64,000 bases of DNA, taken from NCBI RefSeq assembly GCF_024521635.1, contig NW_026250435.1:186001-250000 (forward strand), read 5' to 3'. The notes under the pieces were generated by a model. The model was not told where the DNA came from. It worked only from the letters and a program-made list of their open reading frames with translations, and made no database searches. Of the stretch, positions 12,535 through 25,490 are shown piece after piece (position 1 is the stretch's first letter; the number at the start of each line of letters is the position of its first letter). The position numbers and the translations under genes were made by a program. The stretch comes from Tricharina praecox (Eukaryota).

Positions 12535-13648
12535 GATTCGGACGTGGAGGTTTGTCCCGGTCATTCGTTTAGTCAGTTTCATTTGTCATTCGACGACCCG
12601 ACGGCTTGTGGAGCTTTCTTTTGTCTGAGGTATTGCATTGATTAGTTGTGTGTTTCTGTGCTGGTTTATACCCATGATTATCGCGATGTTTGTATTGGAT
12701 CGTATGTTAGAGTAGATAGAGTCATGATTTAGGATTGGCATGTATGATTGATGTATGTATGCAGATATACCGGATCTGACTACAGGGGTAATGTGGTGGT
12801 AGAGTGTAACTGTAAATTGTAACATCTCACTCAAGAGTTATAAATCCATTTGTTTTATTTCCTGTTTGGGTAATAACCTGTTCACCAAGCGCAAGAAAGT
12901 AGAAATGAGACTACCTCTCAAGTCAGCTATCACGGCAACATCATCGAAGTCCATTCTCTGTTCTCTCGTTTTTTTTGCATGTACTTTCCCTTGGTGAGAT
13001 CAAGACGGGGCCGGGCGGATGGCACAGGGGAACCGGCGGCCACTGGCCAGCAGTCGCGGAATGTGGGGAGGAACAGTTATGTAACTGCCATGATCTACGG
13101 TAATGAGGTCGAATCCAAAGATGATCAAACAAAAACAGAAAGATATCATCCAAGATCTACAGTTCACGCAAAGGGATGTACTTCATGCCTCAAGGACCAA
13201 TCATGCCCACACATCAGCCGGCTCGAACCTAGAGTATGTTCTGATGCGTCGACGCTCAGGTTTCAGCTTCCGCGATCATCAGCTCCCAAACATCGATACG
13301 AGGTCCGTCACGCTACGTGTATCCCGCAGCTCCAATCATCACCTGGGGCACCAAACATTTTTCAGCTTTCGGGCGACGACTCGACGAGGAATGTGCTATA
13401 TTTTGAGTTGAGGCGCGCGGCCAATCATGCTCGGCTGATCTGCCCGCGTGCGTGCGTCATGCGAAAAAGCGCGGGGCGCCGGCGCACATACATATTCCAA
13501 TATAAAACCTGTCGGTTCCCTGGCATGGGCAGTGGGGGCCTGGCTGCTGCGGTTCAAAATACAAGAAAACCCTATACATATATCTTCCATGTCCTTCCGC
13601 TGGATCAAGAACATTCGATCGCGTATTTCACGTAAAGCTCAGTCCACC

Positions 13649-14973
13649 ATGGCCACCTCCAACCCGCAAGCGCAAGCTCAAGCTCAAGCCCCGCTCGTCT
13701 CTGCCTTCTCTGCCGAGGGCGACGAATTTACCACCGAAGGCATCCGCCTCTGCCGCGCCTTTTGGGACCACTTCTGGTCTCCTGGGCATAACCACTTCGT
13801 CACCGCCAAGGCTAGCAGCGAGACGGTCGGCGACTGGAACGGCTACACCCTCTGGCCGTTCGTGATCGGCATCGAGGCGCTACTCGAGGGGGAGGCCGCG
13901 GCGCCAGGACGCTTCACCGCTGAGATACACACAGCGCTAGAGGCGTGCGAGAAGTATAAATCCACGGCGAGAAGCGGGGCGTACACTGCTTGGGTGTATT
14001 TCGAGGGGAACGATGACGTTTACTACGGTGAGTTTCTTCTTCGGGAAGGTGGGGGGACCTGAGGCTAATTTTTTAATGGGTAGACGACGATGCGCAACTC
14101 GCCATCGCACTGCTCCGCGCTTACGAGCTCCCCTCCACGCGGAAGCGGGAATACCTCACTCGGGCCGCCACGATAGTGACGTTCCTGCAGACCGGCTGGG
14201 ATGCGGCGCGCGGCGGCATGCGCTGGCACGTCGCCAAACCGGATGCACGGAACGCCTGCACCACGAACCTCTCCGCCATCGCTGCAATAAAGCTCGTGAA
14301 GGCGGGCGGGGGTGGTCTAAACACCGAGACACTCCTCGCGTACGCCAGAAAGTGTGTCGACTGGACGGTCAATACGCTGAGTCTCGAAAGCGGGCTGATC
14401 AAGGACGGCGCTGGCGGCGGGCCCACGTGGACTTACAACACCGGCACGGTGCTCTATGCGATCTGCCAGCTGCGTGCGTTTGGGGACGACAGGAGTCAGC
14501 AGGCACTCGTGCTCGCCGAGGCGGCGTGCGATCGCCAAAAGAGCCTGTTCGATCAGACCACGCCCAAGGCGAGGTTGGAGGTGCGGTATTGGTGGGATTC
14601 GACGTTCTTTGTGCATCTGCTCATGGAGGGGCTCGTCGAATTTGTGGAGGTTTTTGGATCCCAGTTTCCCGAGACCGCGGCGAAGGCGAGGGAGGAGGTG
14701 AAGCGCCACACCAGGTACATGGTCCAGTACCTAAAGGGCAAGGATGGGTTGTACGTGCGGAACTTGAGGCTGTATGTCATCTCGATGGAGCATGTGAAGA
14801 TGTTCCATACGATGACCGGGGATACAAACAGACAGGCCGCACTGGATGAGAGTGAAAGGTGGAAAGATGCGGAGAGTCTCAAGCTGCCGGTGGCGCAGAG
14901 GGGGGTCGCTAAGACGCTGCTCGGGAACGGTGGCATGGCGAGATGTTTGTTGATTGCCGGGAGGATCTCATAG
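13649..14973 (+). CDS. Glycoside hydrolase family 76-like (alpha/alpha)6 protein with no signal peptide. Exons 13649-14027, 14084-14973
   Basis: Spliced DDVYYDDDAQLAIAL carries the GH76 catalytic Asp-Asp context; also GGMRW, NACTT and WTYNTG. Intron GTGAGT..CTAAT..TAG at 14028-14083. Confidence 0.8.
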
Positions 14974-15373
14974 GTTTTTAGTTTTAGTTTTGCTTAATCT
15001 GTAAGCGTATCCAGCCTATCTGGACCATGACGATGCGGGTCTCTGGTTTTTTTGCTCTTTAATCATCAATAAATTTGATTTATGTAAATCATGGCAGTTA
15101 CAAGACCGGTTCCTCATGATTGTCCTTCCTGCACATGGTTGACTCGACGTGAGTTCCCCAATGCCCTCCGCCCAGTCCCTGCGGATCTTAGGGTTTCCCT
15201 ATCTGTCAAATACCGGTATAATGGTCAAGCGCGAGTGATCTCGCGTGTGTCGGCTACACCCGGTTGTCAAGCTCCCATGTGCAACATGTGAACCGGACGT
15301 CATTCCATACCCGAGCTGTCTAACTACTGCCTCCTCCGCCGGTCAACGCACCATCTTCACTTACACGCACACA

Positions 15374-16382
15374 ATGCTTCTACCCGCAATCCGCACGACT
15401 CTTCCGCGGCTTTCCCCCGCCGCGGTCGCAGCCAGCGCCCGTTTCTACTCTACGCCATCCCACGATGTATCCAAGCTCTCCGTCATCGGCGCCGGACAGA
15501 TGGTACCTATCCTACGCTCCCCTCCCCTTCCTACGACGACGGACCCTTTAATGACAACCAATGCAGGGTCTAGGAATCGCGCTCGTGGCCGCCCGCACCG
15601 CCCAGGTCCCTGTAACCCTAATCGACAACAACCCCGCCTCGCTCCAAAAGTCGCAAACCTTCCTATCGCGGCTGCTCGAAAAAGAAATTTCCAAATCGCG
15701 ACTCACGGCATCTGAGGCGGAGGCCATCCAGGCGCGGATCACGACAACAACCGACCTCTCGGCCGCAGCGGAGGCGGACTTCATCATCGAGGCGGTGCCG
15801 GAGATCCCCGCGCTGAAGAAAGACCTATTCTCCCGCCTCGCGGAGCTAGCGGGGAGCAACGCCACACTAGCCACGAACACCAGCTCCATCTCCATCACCA
15901 GCATTGCCGCGGCCGCCCACGGCGCCGAGGACCGCGTCGTCGCCACCCACTTCATGAACCCCGTGCCGGTGCAGAAGGGCGTTGAGATCATCGCCGGCCT
16001 GCAGACCTCGCCGGCCACGCTTGCCCGCGCCGTCGCGTTCGTCCGTGCTATGGGCAAGATCCCCGCCGTCTCCAAGGACGCGCCAGGGTTCCTCGCGAAT
16101 CGCATCTTGATGCCGTATATCAACGAGGCGGTCGTGTGCCTCGAGACGGGTGTGGGCGAGAGGGATGATATCGACAGCATCATGAAGAACGGGACAAACG
16201 TGCCTATGGGCCCGCTTCAGCTGGCGGATTTCATTGGGCTGGATACGTGCTTGGCAATCATGAAGGTGCTGTACGAGGACACCGCCGATAGTAAATATCG
16301 GCCGGCGACGCTGCTGAAGAAGTATGTCGATGCTGGGTGGCTGGGGAAGAAGAGTGGGAAGGGCTTTTACGAGTACAAGTGA
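15374..16382 (+). CDS. 3-hydroxybutyryl-CoA / 3-hydroxyacyl-CoA dehydrogenase, likely mitochondrial. Exons 15374-15502, 15567-16382
   Basis: Arg/Ser-rich presequence (..SARFYST); Rossmann motif VIGAGQM|GLGIA; IIEAVPE, ATNTSSISIT, HFMNPVPV, PGFLANRIL, PMGPLQLADFIGLD, LGKKSGKGFY. Confidence 0.95.
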
Positions 16383-16957
16383 GGGGAGGGAGAAGTGGGC
16401 GTCGTTGTAGAAGTATTGACGGGATCAGCAAAGCGGTGTGTTTCGTGGTGAGGCAGATATTTTTGGGGCTTGCAAGTACAATCTAAGCTTGATCTACAAT
16501 CTCACAATCTCACACGCTCACTCGGAAGCTCTGCTGTCAAATCAAAATATGGCAACCCAGCTAATTCAGCGCTTGACTAAAGTTGAGTTGGATAGTGATT
16601 CAAATCCACCTACAGTCTAAATAGACTGAATGCGAGAATGACGAAGCAAAGCAAAAAACAGTTCATTCAAATTCGTAAAACCATTTGGGGCTATATATCA
16701 GGTATTCCCTCGCCTGGCGCATACTCATAAACCTAACCCTGCTCGACCAGTGCAGGGTGTATATCAACATTAACCAATCCTCCCACCAGAAGATTTCCCA
16801 TCAAATCCCCCCAGTCTTCCCCGGCCTGTACAGCGTGTATATCAACCGGCCCACCTCCCCCAGCAGAATCTTGCTCATAAACTACCTCCCACTCCCCACG
16901 ATCATCCACTTCCTGGGAGGAGGGAGGATATATATAGCGGTTTGAATGCTCTCCATC

Positions 16958-18261
16958 TTACACCCCCTCCTGCTTCGTAAAGATCCACCACGTGGCATGC
17001 GGCTGCAGCGCATCCCTCTCGTCGCCCAGGACCTTGTAACCTGCCAACCCTGCCACCATGACACTCTGCAAGACCTCACCGTTATCGTCAATCTTGACGC
17101 CGACCTCAACGTATGCATTTGGGATCTCCTCACTATCCACCCTCGGGATCCACTCGGCATCGTTTCCAAATGGTACCTTTCGCCGCTTGCTATGCCCACC
17201 GGCGCCTTTTAGCTGCCACTTCCCATCCATGTCAAACGCGCAGAAATACATCAGCCAGCCCGAGATGTAGTTCGGCCCGCTCCCGCCAAACTCGCGGTGG
17301 CAGATGCGGTCGAAGAAGTCGCGGATCTCGGCTTGTCGCTGCGGGTTGGGTGCGGCGGCGGAGAAGGTGGAGAAGGCGCCCGCGAAGTTCTCAAGGAGAG
17401 GTGTGAGTAAGGAGCACCAGGCGTGCAGGTGCGGGTGTTTATCGGCCGTGACGAAAGTCTGGAGTTTTTGGAGGCGGCGCTGCAGGGAGAGCCAGTCCTC
17501 CCAGGTGCCGAGGAGGGTCACCGATGGGATCCCGCGCATCAACATGCATTTGTACGAGAAGTAGCTTTTCAGCGTCGCTGTTCGCTGCCGAGTCAGCAAC
17601 TTCGCACCCTCGGATGCATGGAGGAGACAGGAATCATCACACCCATCATCACGACCGCGCCCACGATGCGATCGGTCTCCGTAGTCGTCGAGAACCCGGG
17701 CACGATCCACTCCCTCAGTTCGGGATCCTTGACATTCTTTTCCAGCAGTCCCCCAAACTGCCCTGCGATATCTCCCCAGTCCACGAAATGCCTCCGAGGA
17801 TACCCGCATCAGCCACTCCCGCTTTTCCACGCACGGAAGGCCTCACCGACTCTCTCTCTCTGTCTCCCCGGTAAAAACTTACCTAGTCCCGTTCTTCCGG
17901 ATGGTAAGCTCCTTCTGCCCCTCATGCGCAACAAAATGCCCGCGCAGACCCTCCGCATTCGCCTCCACAAAGCTTGAGAACTGGCACATGATAGCGATCC
18001 ACATGTCGTCAGGCCGCAGTACCAAATGCTGATGCGTGTTGTACGCCTGCATGCAGGCGTTAACGAAGCCATTGTGAGACTCGACGAGCTGCGGCAGGTC
18101 CGAGTCGGTGAGGGAGGTCTGGAGGAGCTCCGACAGGGAAGAGCTGGCTTTGGGGGCCAGGTGGTGCAGGGAGCTGGTGGCGGAGAGGGGGCGGCCGTGC
18201 CCCGCTTTGTACGGGGTCGTGGGGTCGCGGGGTGAGAGGCGACTTGGAAAGTTACCGGCAT
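16958..18261 (-). CDS. DUF4419-like conserved protein. Exons 18261-17883, 17791-17643, ~17577-16958
   Basis: MPVTF start; NGFVNACMQAYNTHQHLVLRPDDMWIAI, FVAHEGQKEL, WIVPGFSTTT..D..V..VVMM|ATLKSYF, GIPSVTLLGTWEDW, GSGPNYISGW. Two introns restore the frame. Confidence 0.8.
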
Positions 18262-19231
18262 GATCGTGGTAGGTATGTAAGTGGGCAATGTCTGGGGACG
18301 GACTCGGGAAAGAAAAATTCGAAGCGGGGCGGCTGTTTATATCCACGACCTCAATAGCAAGGCGGGGAGCAGCATTGGTGGTACAACCATAGAGCCGCAG
18401 ACCTTGCAGTGAATCAACCAATGAGTTTCACGAACCAGGGATGATCATCGATCTTTCAGCTGGAGCCTGGAGGTCCCGTTGCGCGTCCTCTTGGATGTCT
18501 CGTGACTCTAACTATGGGCGTGAGTCACCTCGATGTCCAATTCGCTAGAACTCGGCAGATCCAGAGATCTTTCGCGAAAGAGGATTCCATGCCACCTGAA
18601 GGCTGAACCGAAAAAATCGGAGCCTAGGCCACCATGGAGTTGTGTACCTAGATAGGCGAGACAGAAGTAGCGTACCGTAGTCAAGTTCCAGGGCAGATTG
18701 GACAGGCCTCAAATACGAGCAGGTATGTGCATAGAGTACATAGAGTACGAGTCTGGAACCGTGATTGGATTCGAGAATGTGGCTTGTTCTGTTGGGAGCA
18801 TGTAATCACGATACATTGCGTATGTACTCATAGGTATTACCTACTTGGCTACTTGGGCTTTACACTCGTATGTAGCGGGAGTGGGCCCGCTTACCTGGAT
18901 CGCCAGGACGTATATTCTTGGTATGCTGGATTTTGTGTACATACAATACTGGAGCATATTGCCGAACTTTATGTCGTGAATATAGGCTTGATGCTGCGCC
19001 TGTCATGGTTGCATTCATTCTTTTCTGCCCATATTTTCAGAATGTTTCCGTTCATCCGATCCATCGGCCGAGTGTTTGTTGTATGTATGATACATGGTTT
19101 GGTTTCCTTATGGAGGTCCGCCCTCCTCAATGAGTATCACCGCAGCCTCGGCATGAAATTTCATAGCCATCGCAAACTACCTATATACACGCTCAACTAT
19201 GTACATGTTCAACTATATACACGTTAAACCA

Positions 19232-20715
19232 TCATACTAACCCCACTACAGGCTTCTGACCAACCAACTCGTCTTCTTTTGCGCTCACACCGACCGCTTC
19301 GGCGCCTGTCAGGATATCCGTTGTGGAGTTCGGCTCCGAGCCCCAGTACCGCTCTCTCCCCGGGGAACCAGTAGCCCCGTTCATTTCCATCGGCGACGTT
19401 TCGGCCTGCGAATGGTACGTCGAAATGCTAACGTGGACGGGCCGCGACTGCCCACTGTAGTGCCCACTGGTATTGGTACCGAGAATTCCCGAGAAGAATA
19501 GTCTTAGCGTCGGACGTATCGTGGGTATCGAGCTGCAGATGATGGCCATTTGGAGTTCTATCGCTGACCAGACGATTACCGTGACGATTCGATCTGTAGA
19601 GCCTCGTTGTCAGCGGCGAGGCACCCTGCAGGGAAGAAGTAGTACATAGCAACTCACATGGTGGATCACGCAGGAAGCCCTTCGACGTCCCTATGATGCG
19701 CAGGAGCCGTATGATACTAGCACCCCAAACCCTGCGTACATAGTGTCAGCAAACCGTATGTAGGTCCCCATCAAAGGCTACCAAACTCACAGCGCACCCA
19801 ACGAAAACACAATGAGCAATCCCGTCTTCTCGGGCCGCGGCAGCTTGATCTGCCACACCATCCGTATCGGCACCAACCACACAACGAAATCAGTAAAGAT
19901 ATTGACGCTCGTCATGCTGGCTTGCAGAGGCACGAACGCTTGGCAGTGTTCCCCGGAGAATTCTTGAACGGTTTTTCCGTCCAAGTCGTCCGGGGCCGGC
20001 CCGCACATGACTGTCCAGGCAACGAAGGTTGCAATGGTGGTGAAACCGGAAAGGCAGAAGATGGACCAGATTATGATGCGCATGCGTGGTGACGGGGCAA
20101 GGCGGAGGAGCTGAAGGAGTAGCGAAGCCTTCGTGAAGCCGAGTCCGATGATGTGGGCTACTGTCCATGAGTAGGAGAACTATAATATTGCAAGATTGTT
20201 ATTATTTTCATTTTTTTCCCAGCGTTTCAACTGTGTGCGTGCTCGAGTGATTGCAAGCATATGTAAATACCTTCAACATGGTTTTGAGATCGTAATCGGG
20301 GAGATCCCATATGTGCTGTCCAATTCCTGCCTTTACGGAAAAAAAGCAGATCGTAGTCATTGCTATACCGAAGACCTATAGTAGAGTAGGTACATCAACG
20401 GTCAGCTCCCTTTTCCAACTTGCAAGCACCAGTTCAATAGGTATGGGGCAAACACACAGTTGCTATTATCATGCAGTAATCATCCCAGCCTATGATCCTG
20501 AGGATGCACGTCCGTCCGTATATCCTCGCAATCACACTGACCGTAGCCACCGACGTCAACACGGCCGTCGTGATGGTCAAGCGGTAACCGATATTGTCGT
20601 GCGGAAGCTCATCGTAGGGCGGAAATCTCGGAACCAAGTCGCGTCTCCCGAGGCCTCCGTCAGGCCGGGACTCGGCACCGAACCTGAAATCCTCAGCGCG
20701 AGGAAAGCGGTGCAT
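19232..20715 (-). CDS. PTH11-like (fungal rhodopsin-domain) seven-TM membrane protein without CFEM; 5 exons
   Basis: VIARIYGR..IGWDDYCM, GIGQHIWD, GFTKASLLLQLLRL, NIFTDFVVWLVPIRMVWQIKLPRPEK, ASIIRL, WSAIELQMAIICSSIPTIRP. Introns approx. 20458-20376, 20270-20180, 19790-19732, 19657-19595. Confidence 0.9.
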
Positions 20716-23700
20716 GGCGGACAGTCAGGAAGATTAACGTTCATGGGAACCGGACCATGGAAGTGACGCGGGGGGAGGGGGGGCAATGGGGGTGTAATAT
20801 AAAGGGAGGCACTACTATGGAGCTGGAGGTTGTTCGTGGGATGGTGATAGTTACTATTCTATGTAGCTGCGTTTTTGTATTTCCCCTGTCGAAGTCTCTC
20901 GCGTGGGATCGGCGCCACATTCGGAACGGCCCCGTAGTTAGCGAAATCCCAACCATGGACGTGGCACACGCGCCTGCAGATTTTAATTCCCACCAACTAG
21001 GTAGAATAGTATTCGTCTTTGAGTGACGGGCTACTCCGGTATAGAGCAGTATACCGGTCGAGTAGTATAAATTCGAGTCTGTAGAGCGGACACTTACGCC
21101 GGAGTGCGCTGAGCAAGCAATGGCTGTTTGTAAATAGTTAAGGGTGGGACTGTGAGACTTGAGTAGGGACTCCGGGGAGCCCATCCTTCTCGCTACCGAC
21201 CCAAGCCCGAGCCCGTACGTGACGGGGACCCCGGATATAACTACTATAATTACTTTAGGTAGGTCCGTTACCTGCCATCAGCGAAGAAAACCGGAACCAT
21301 CCCTTCCGACCGATCAATGCTTCCAGCCACTCAGCCGAGTCCATTGCTGAACCGTATGTATAGTACTACCTAGTAGTTGATGGCCGCGGGAATTGCCGTT
21401 CCCGCTGCTCGGTTGTTTACGTCCGAGTACGGTACGGGCAAGCCCGAGCTGCCGGTACGTAAAAGAAGCCCATAACTACAAGTGTATATAGCGCTGTGGT
21501 TACATAACGCACCGACCGAGACCCTCTCAGCGTGATTCCCCAAAGAACCAGAAAGATCCCTCCGGAACTCCGGCGTGCCGGAATGCGTGTTCATATATAC
21601 CCCCACAATAACACCGTCTCCCACGGGTACATAGGTACTTGGGCACCGGTAATCCATCACCAAGACAGGGGCGGGACATGCATCAGGATCCAGTCAAGTG
21701 GTTTGACGGTGAGACAGATACGTATGCATCATCAGGGAGAAAGCCTTCCTCCCATGACTTGTGGCGGGGGCAGGGGCAATCACCCGGTAACTCATAATTA
21801 CCATAAATTTTGACGACAAGGCGGACGAATCGACGCATGATTCCTTCCTTAAGCCCGGCTGAAGCAGGTAGTTAGCAGTGTGCATAGACATAGGTATGTA
21901 AGTATGAAGCTCTTACATAATAAAACAAATACCTACTATGGAGCAACTCGTCACCGCAGATTATTGACTCCACACGGTGATTTCTAGTTACCGGTACCTT
22001 GCCGATGGGTTCATACTCTACTTCCTCTGGGGTTTACCCCTTGTAAATAACTAGTAGTTCTACCTATCAGAAGGGTTTCCCTAGTAGACACGCGTCAAAT
22101 ACGGGCTGTGGTATGTACTAGTGTCGAGCAAGGTGCCAGTACACATCTCAGATTAATAGATATCTCTCGGGGCCGCTGTCTGTCAGCCACCTGCCATGCC
22201 CGCATACATACATATTTAGGCAGGGCCAGGCCAGTCGAAAAACCGCAGTGCACTGGGGTAGCGGAGCGGAGTTCTCGGGATGCCGATTCGACTGGCCGAC
22301 GTATGTGACCAACTAGGTAGTGGATGCGGATGAGCAGTTCATCCTAATGTCTGTTTCAAGCACTCAACAACAGCCGTTTAATCCGAACTTGATCAACAAG
22401 AATCTTGTGCTAAAGATTTTGGATTACATACCATAGTCATGTCTGAGTACCTTTGCAGTTGGAGACGCCTAGAAACGGTGAGAAGGGGTGGGAGAACATC
22501 AGTTCATTCCGCATACGGCCTTTCTACTGGTAGATTATGGAGTAGCGAGTTATCTAGCCTTTCCTGCCCGCTCCGCAGAGGGTCGAGGGACCCGCTAAGT
22601 TACAGTGCGAAATTCGTTTTGGCCAACATATCACGAGTGACAAAGCGTGTTCACGGAAAATCATCCCGTGGAACGACAACGAGGGAATTAGGTACCGGTA
22701 GCGCACGTCGATCGATGCTCGACCGAGTTGCCCACGCCTTTGAACTTTTATGGGTACTCCAGCTTTGGTCTTTGGCGTGGGTTGTCGGAAAACAGATGAT
22801 CCGAGTCCCCCAAAGTGGACGACATAGCTCAAGCCCCTTCCGGTTGTCCTTCGGTCTGAACGACTCAAATATTAGGTCTCATTGGTATAAACATACATAA
22901 ATCCCCACATACTGGTATATCATTAGAAACCCAACTGACAGTACCTTTTGTTCACGGCGCTCGTTGGTGGAGGAATCTATGAGACATCCACATCGCCGTC
23001 TGTTGCAGAGTAGGTAGAGTACGTACCGTATAACCTCAGAATCCGCCCCCAATCATTCGCTTAGTGTTCCAAAGTGCCTTATGTAGGTAGTAAAGGTGAC
23101 AGCCCAAATCCAGCCCTTCGATCGACCGTAGGAACCTAGAGTCGACACTGTTCCAGACTGCAGAGTCCATCGGGCCCCAAAACTCGGGACGCAGCCAGGC
23201 CGTCGGAGACCAGACCGCGGAGGACCCGCCACAGTGCACCCGCATCGATGTGGATCCCAATCTCGCATCCTTCTCGGTTCTCCGCGGATGCCAAACCCGT
23301 GCAGAATCTGCAGATCGTCAGGCTATTGTCAGACGACGCGGGAACAAGCGAGGCGAATGACACTTCCCCGCTTGGCAACGAAGAGAAGAAGCGCCGCGAG
23401 TGGTTTTAGTTTTACCCGTGATGGACAACCTATCTTCATTCAGGCTTCATCGCTTCATGGCAGAGCACTCGCGCTGATGCACCACGTAAAAAGAATGCAC
23501 GCCTACCTCTTAGTTACCAGGTCGGAGGTCGCCATAGTCTAGAAAAAGTCGTATGCGATAATAAATTGATGTTCTCCCTCTCTATCTCTCCCTCGAGTCT
23601 GGCCACACCCTCACAGGCCATTATCTTCAATAGCGGCGTAAAAACCAGGCCAGTGCGCAGTGCCGGTGGTGGGAGCGGTCCGACACACCGCAAACCCAAG

Positions 23701-24256
23701 AGCACCGTTTCGAGAAGTGCGCGAAGTGGAAGTCGGCACTAGAGAACACTTTAGGTCGAGGTCAAGGAGAAGAACAGGCGCGCCGAAAAGCCGTGTTCTT
23801 ATGGTGCGGCTTTTTGCGAACGAGGGGTGTAACTAGAGTAGAGGAGAGTAGAAATGCAGCCCTGAAATTACCGGTGGTGATGGACGTGGACGGAACAGCT
23901 CGGCGGTAATTGAGGAGGAGGAGGAGGAGGCATATCTACGGCATGGGGATGGGAGGTTGGATAGTGTAGGGAGGATGGCGAGATAAATCTCTTTTACTTA
24001 TTTCTTCGGTCACGCATTGCCTTGGGGCATCTTCTTGTACTCTTCTAAGAAGGGTGACTTCCGACTCCCATCTCTCCTGGATCTAAATAGGCTCTAAAAG
24101 GGCACAGTTGCTTAACTGGCTCTGATAATGATGAAATATCTGGGTGGACGGGTAGAGATAATCAATTCGATGTAGCAGCAGTATCATCAGCACCGAGATC
24201 TCTCTTTATATACAGACTTCAGACTCTTGACAACTCGATGTATTACCCCTCCACTG

Positions 24257-24521
24257 ATCTCTGAATAGATACTGGGGAGTGATATATTCGGTGGGACTCC
24301 TTCGATAAACACGTCCACTGCAGCTTGTTAGTTACTAGTAAACCCGACAGATACAGTGATTTAGGAGGAATACCTTCATCACCACACTGTGAATAGCTCC
24401 ACCGTGGATCTCTGAACAGATCCTTGGGAGTGATATGTTCGGAGGGACTATGAACACACCCACTGCAGCTTGTTAGTTCCTGGTAAACTCGGTAAATCCA
24501 GTGATCTGGGAGGAATACCTT
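24257..24521. repeat. Tandem duplication of an intron+exon unit, ~145-150 bp period
   Basis: GATCTCTGAA..GGGAGTGATAT.TTCGG.GGGACT..CCACTGCAGCTTGTTAGTT.CT.GTAAAC..CAGTGAT.T.GGAGGAATACCTT occurs at ~24257 and ~24408. Confidence 0.9.
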
Positions 24522-24820
24522 GCGTGCGGGAGACGGTTCTCTCCGGTGGTCTCGATTGTACCACCATCTGCTCTCCTGGACCACTGACAAGTCGAGTTCT
24601 CGAATATCTGTTCACACCACCAGCTGTATTCATGTTTTGGCCACGACCGCCAGTATTGGCGTTCTGCCTTTGCTGTCTTGCCGGTCGTGACTGCTGCTCG
24701 GGCCAAGCGGCCATTGGACCAGCCGGACTCGGTGACTGTCCGTCGCGGAACTTCATTCGAGCAAACATCTCCGGGCGTCCAAAGTTTGACAGATAACACA
24801 TGGCTTTTAGGAGCTAATAT

Positions 24821-25010
24821 GAAACAACCATTGCCCTAAATGCGAGATTCAAGCCTCTCTCGCTAAGTAATTCGAGCTGTTGATCTAGCGAAGAGATTAG
24901 ACCACTCGCAAAATTTGGGGGGTTAAAGTTGAACATACGCTCTGAAATTGAAGTAAAAAATGAAACCAGAAACAACCATTGCCCGGAATTCAAGATTCAA
25001 GCCCCTCTCG
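24821..25010. repeat. ~42-bp imperfect direct repeat, two copies
   Basis: GAAACAACCATTGCCC..AAT...AGATTCAAGCC.CTCTCG at 24821 and 24969. Confidence 0.85.
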
Positions 25011-25244
25011 TGATCGGTGTGTGGTAACAGAGAGTCTGCTATCCGCGGCGAAGTCAGTGAGAAGTACTTTCCGCGGCGAAGCAGACCTGACACTGTAGGA
25101 CAGCATGGGAGAAGGATACTTACATGCTGGAGAAGGACAACGATACTTGTCAGCTGTGTGACGACGAGTAGCCTATTGGCATTGCTGTAAATATGATGCT
25201 CTTGTTGTGGTGGAATGGGTGGCGGAGTGATGGGGAAGCTGTCT

Positions 25245-25490
25245 CGAGGGGAGGAAGTGGGTGGAGGGGAGGAAGTGGTGGAGAGGAGGAAGTGGTGGAG
25301 AGGAGGAAGTGGTGGAGCGGAGGGAGTGTTGAATGAAAGGAAGTGATGAAGGAGAGGAAGTGATGGATTGTGAGGAAGTAGCGAATGTTGAGGAAGTATC
25401 GGATTGGGAGGAAGTGGTGGAGGGGATGAAGAGGAAGTGGTGGAGGGGATGAAGTGATGGAGGGGAGGGAGTGATGGAGGGGCGAGAGGA
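25245..25490. repeat. Purine-rich degenerate repeat (GAGGAAGTGGTGGAG-like)
   Basis: Many copies of GAGGAAGTG(G/A)TGGA; CT-rich when read on the minus strand. Confidence 0.8.

Larger units (their letters stand above)
24120..25200 (-). pseudogene. Multi-intron locus with duplicated exons; degenerate, possibly RRM-like coding remnant or spliced ncRNA
   Basis: Four canonical minus-strand introns (25123-25039, 24938-24885, 24518-24463, 24373-24318). No single long frame survives when all of them are spliced. Confidence 0.4.

Noticed and set aside
12979..13635. 218-aa ORF upstream of the GH76-like gene
   Set aside because: No recognisable motif; it overlaps the probable promoter (TATAAA at ~13501) of the downstream gene.
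16690..16930. Coding-looking stretch with short internal repeats (GTGTATATCAAC x2, CTCATAAAC x2)
   Set aside because: Stops interrupt the plausible frames and I recognise no family; probably 3' UTR or intergenic.
22330..22480. Faint F-box-like peptide (NLVLKILDYIP*)
   Set aside because: Too short and interrupted by stops; cannot be supported without a profile search.
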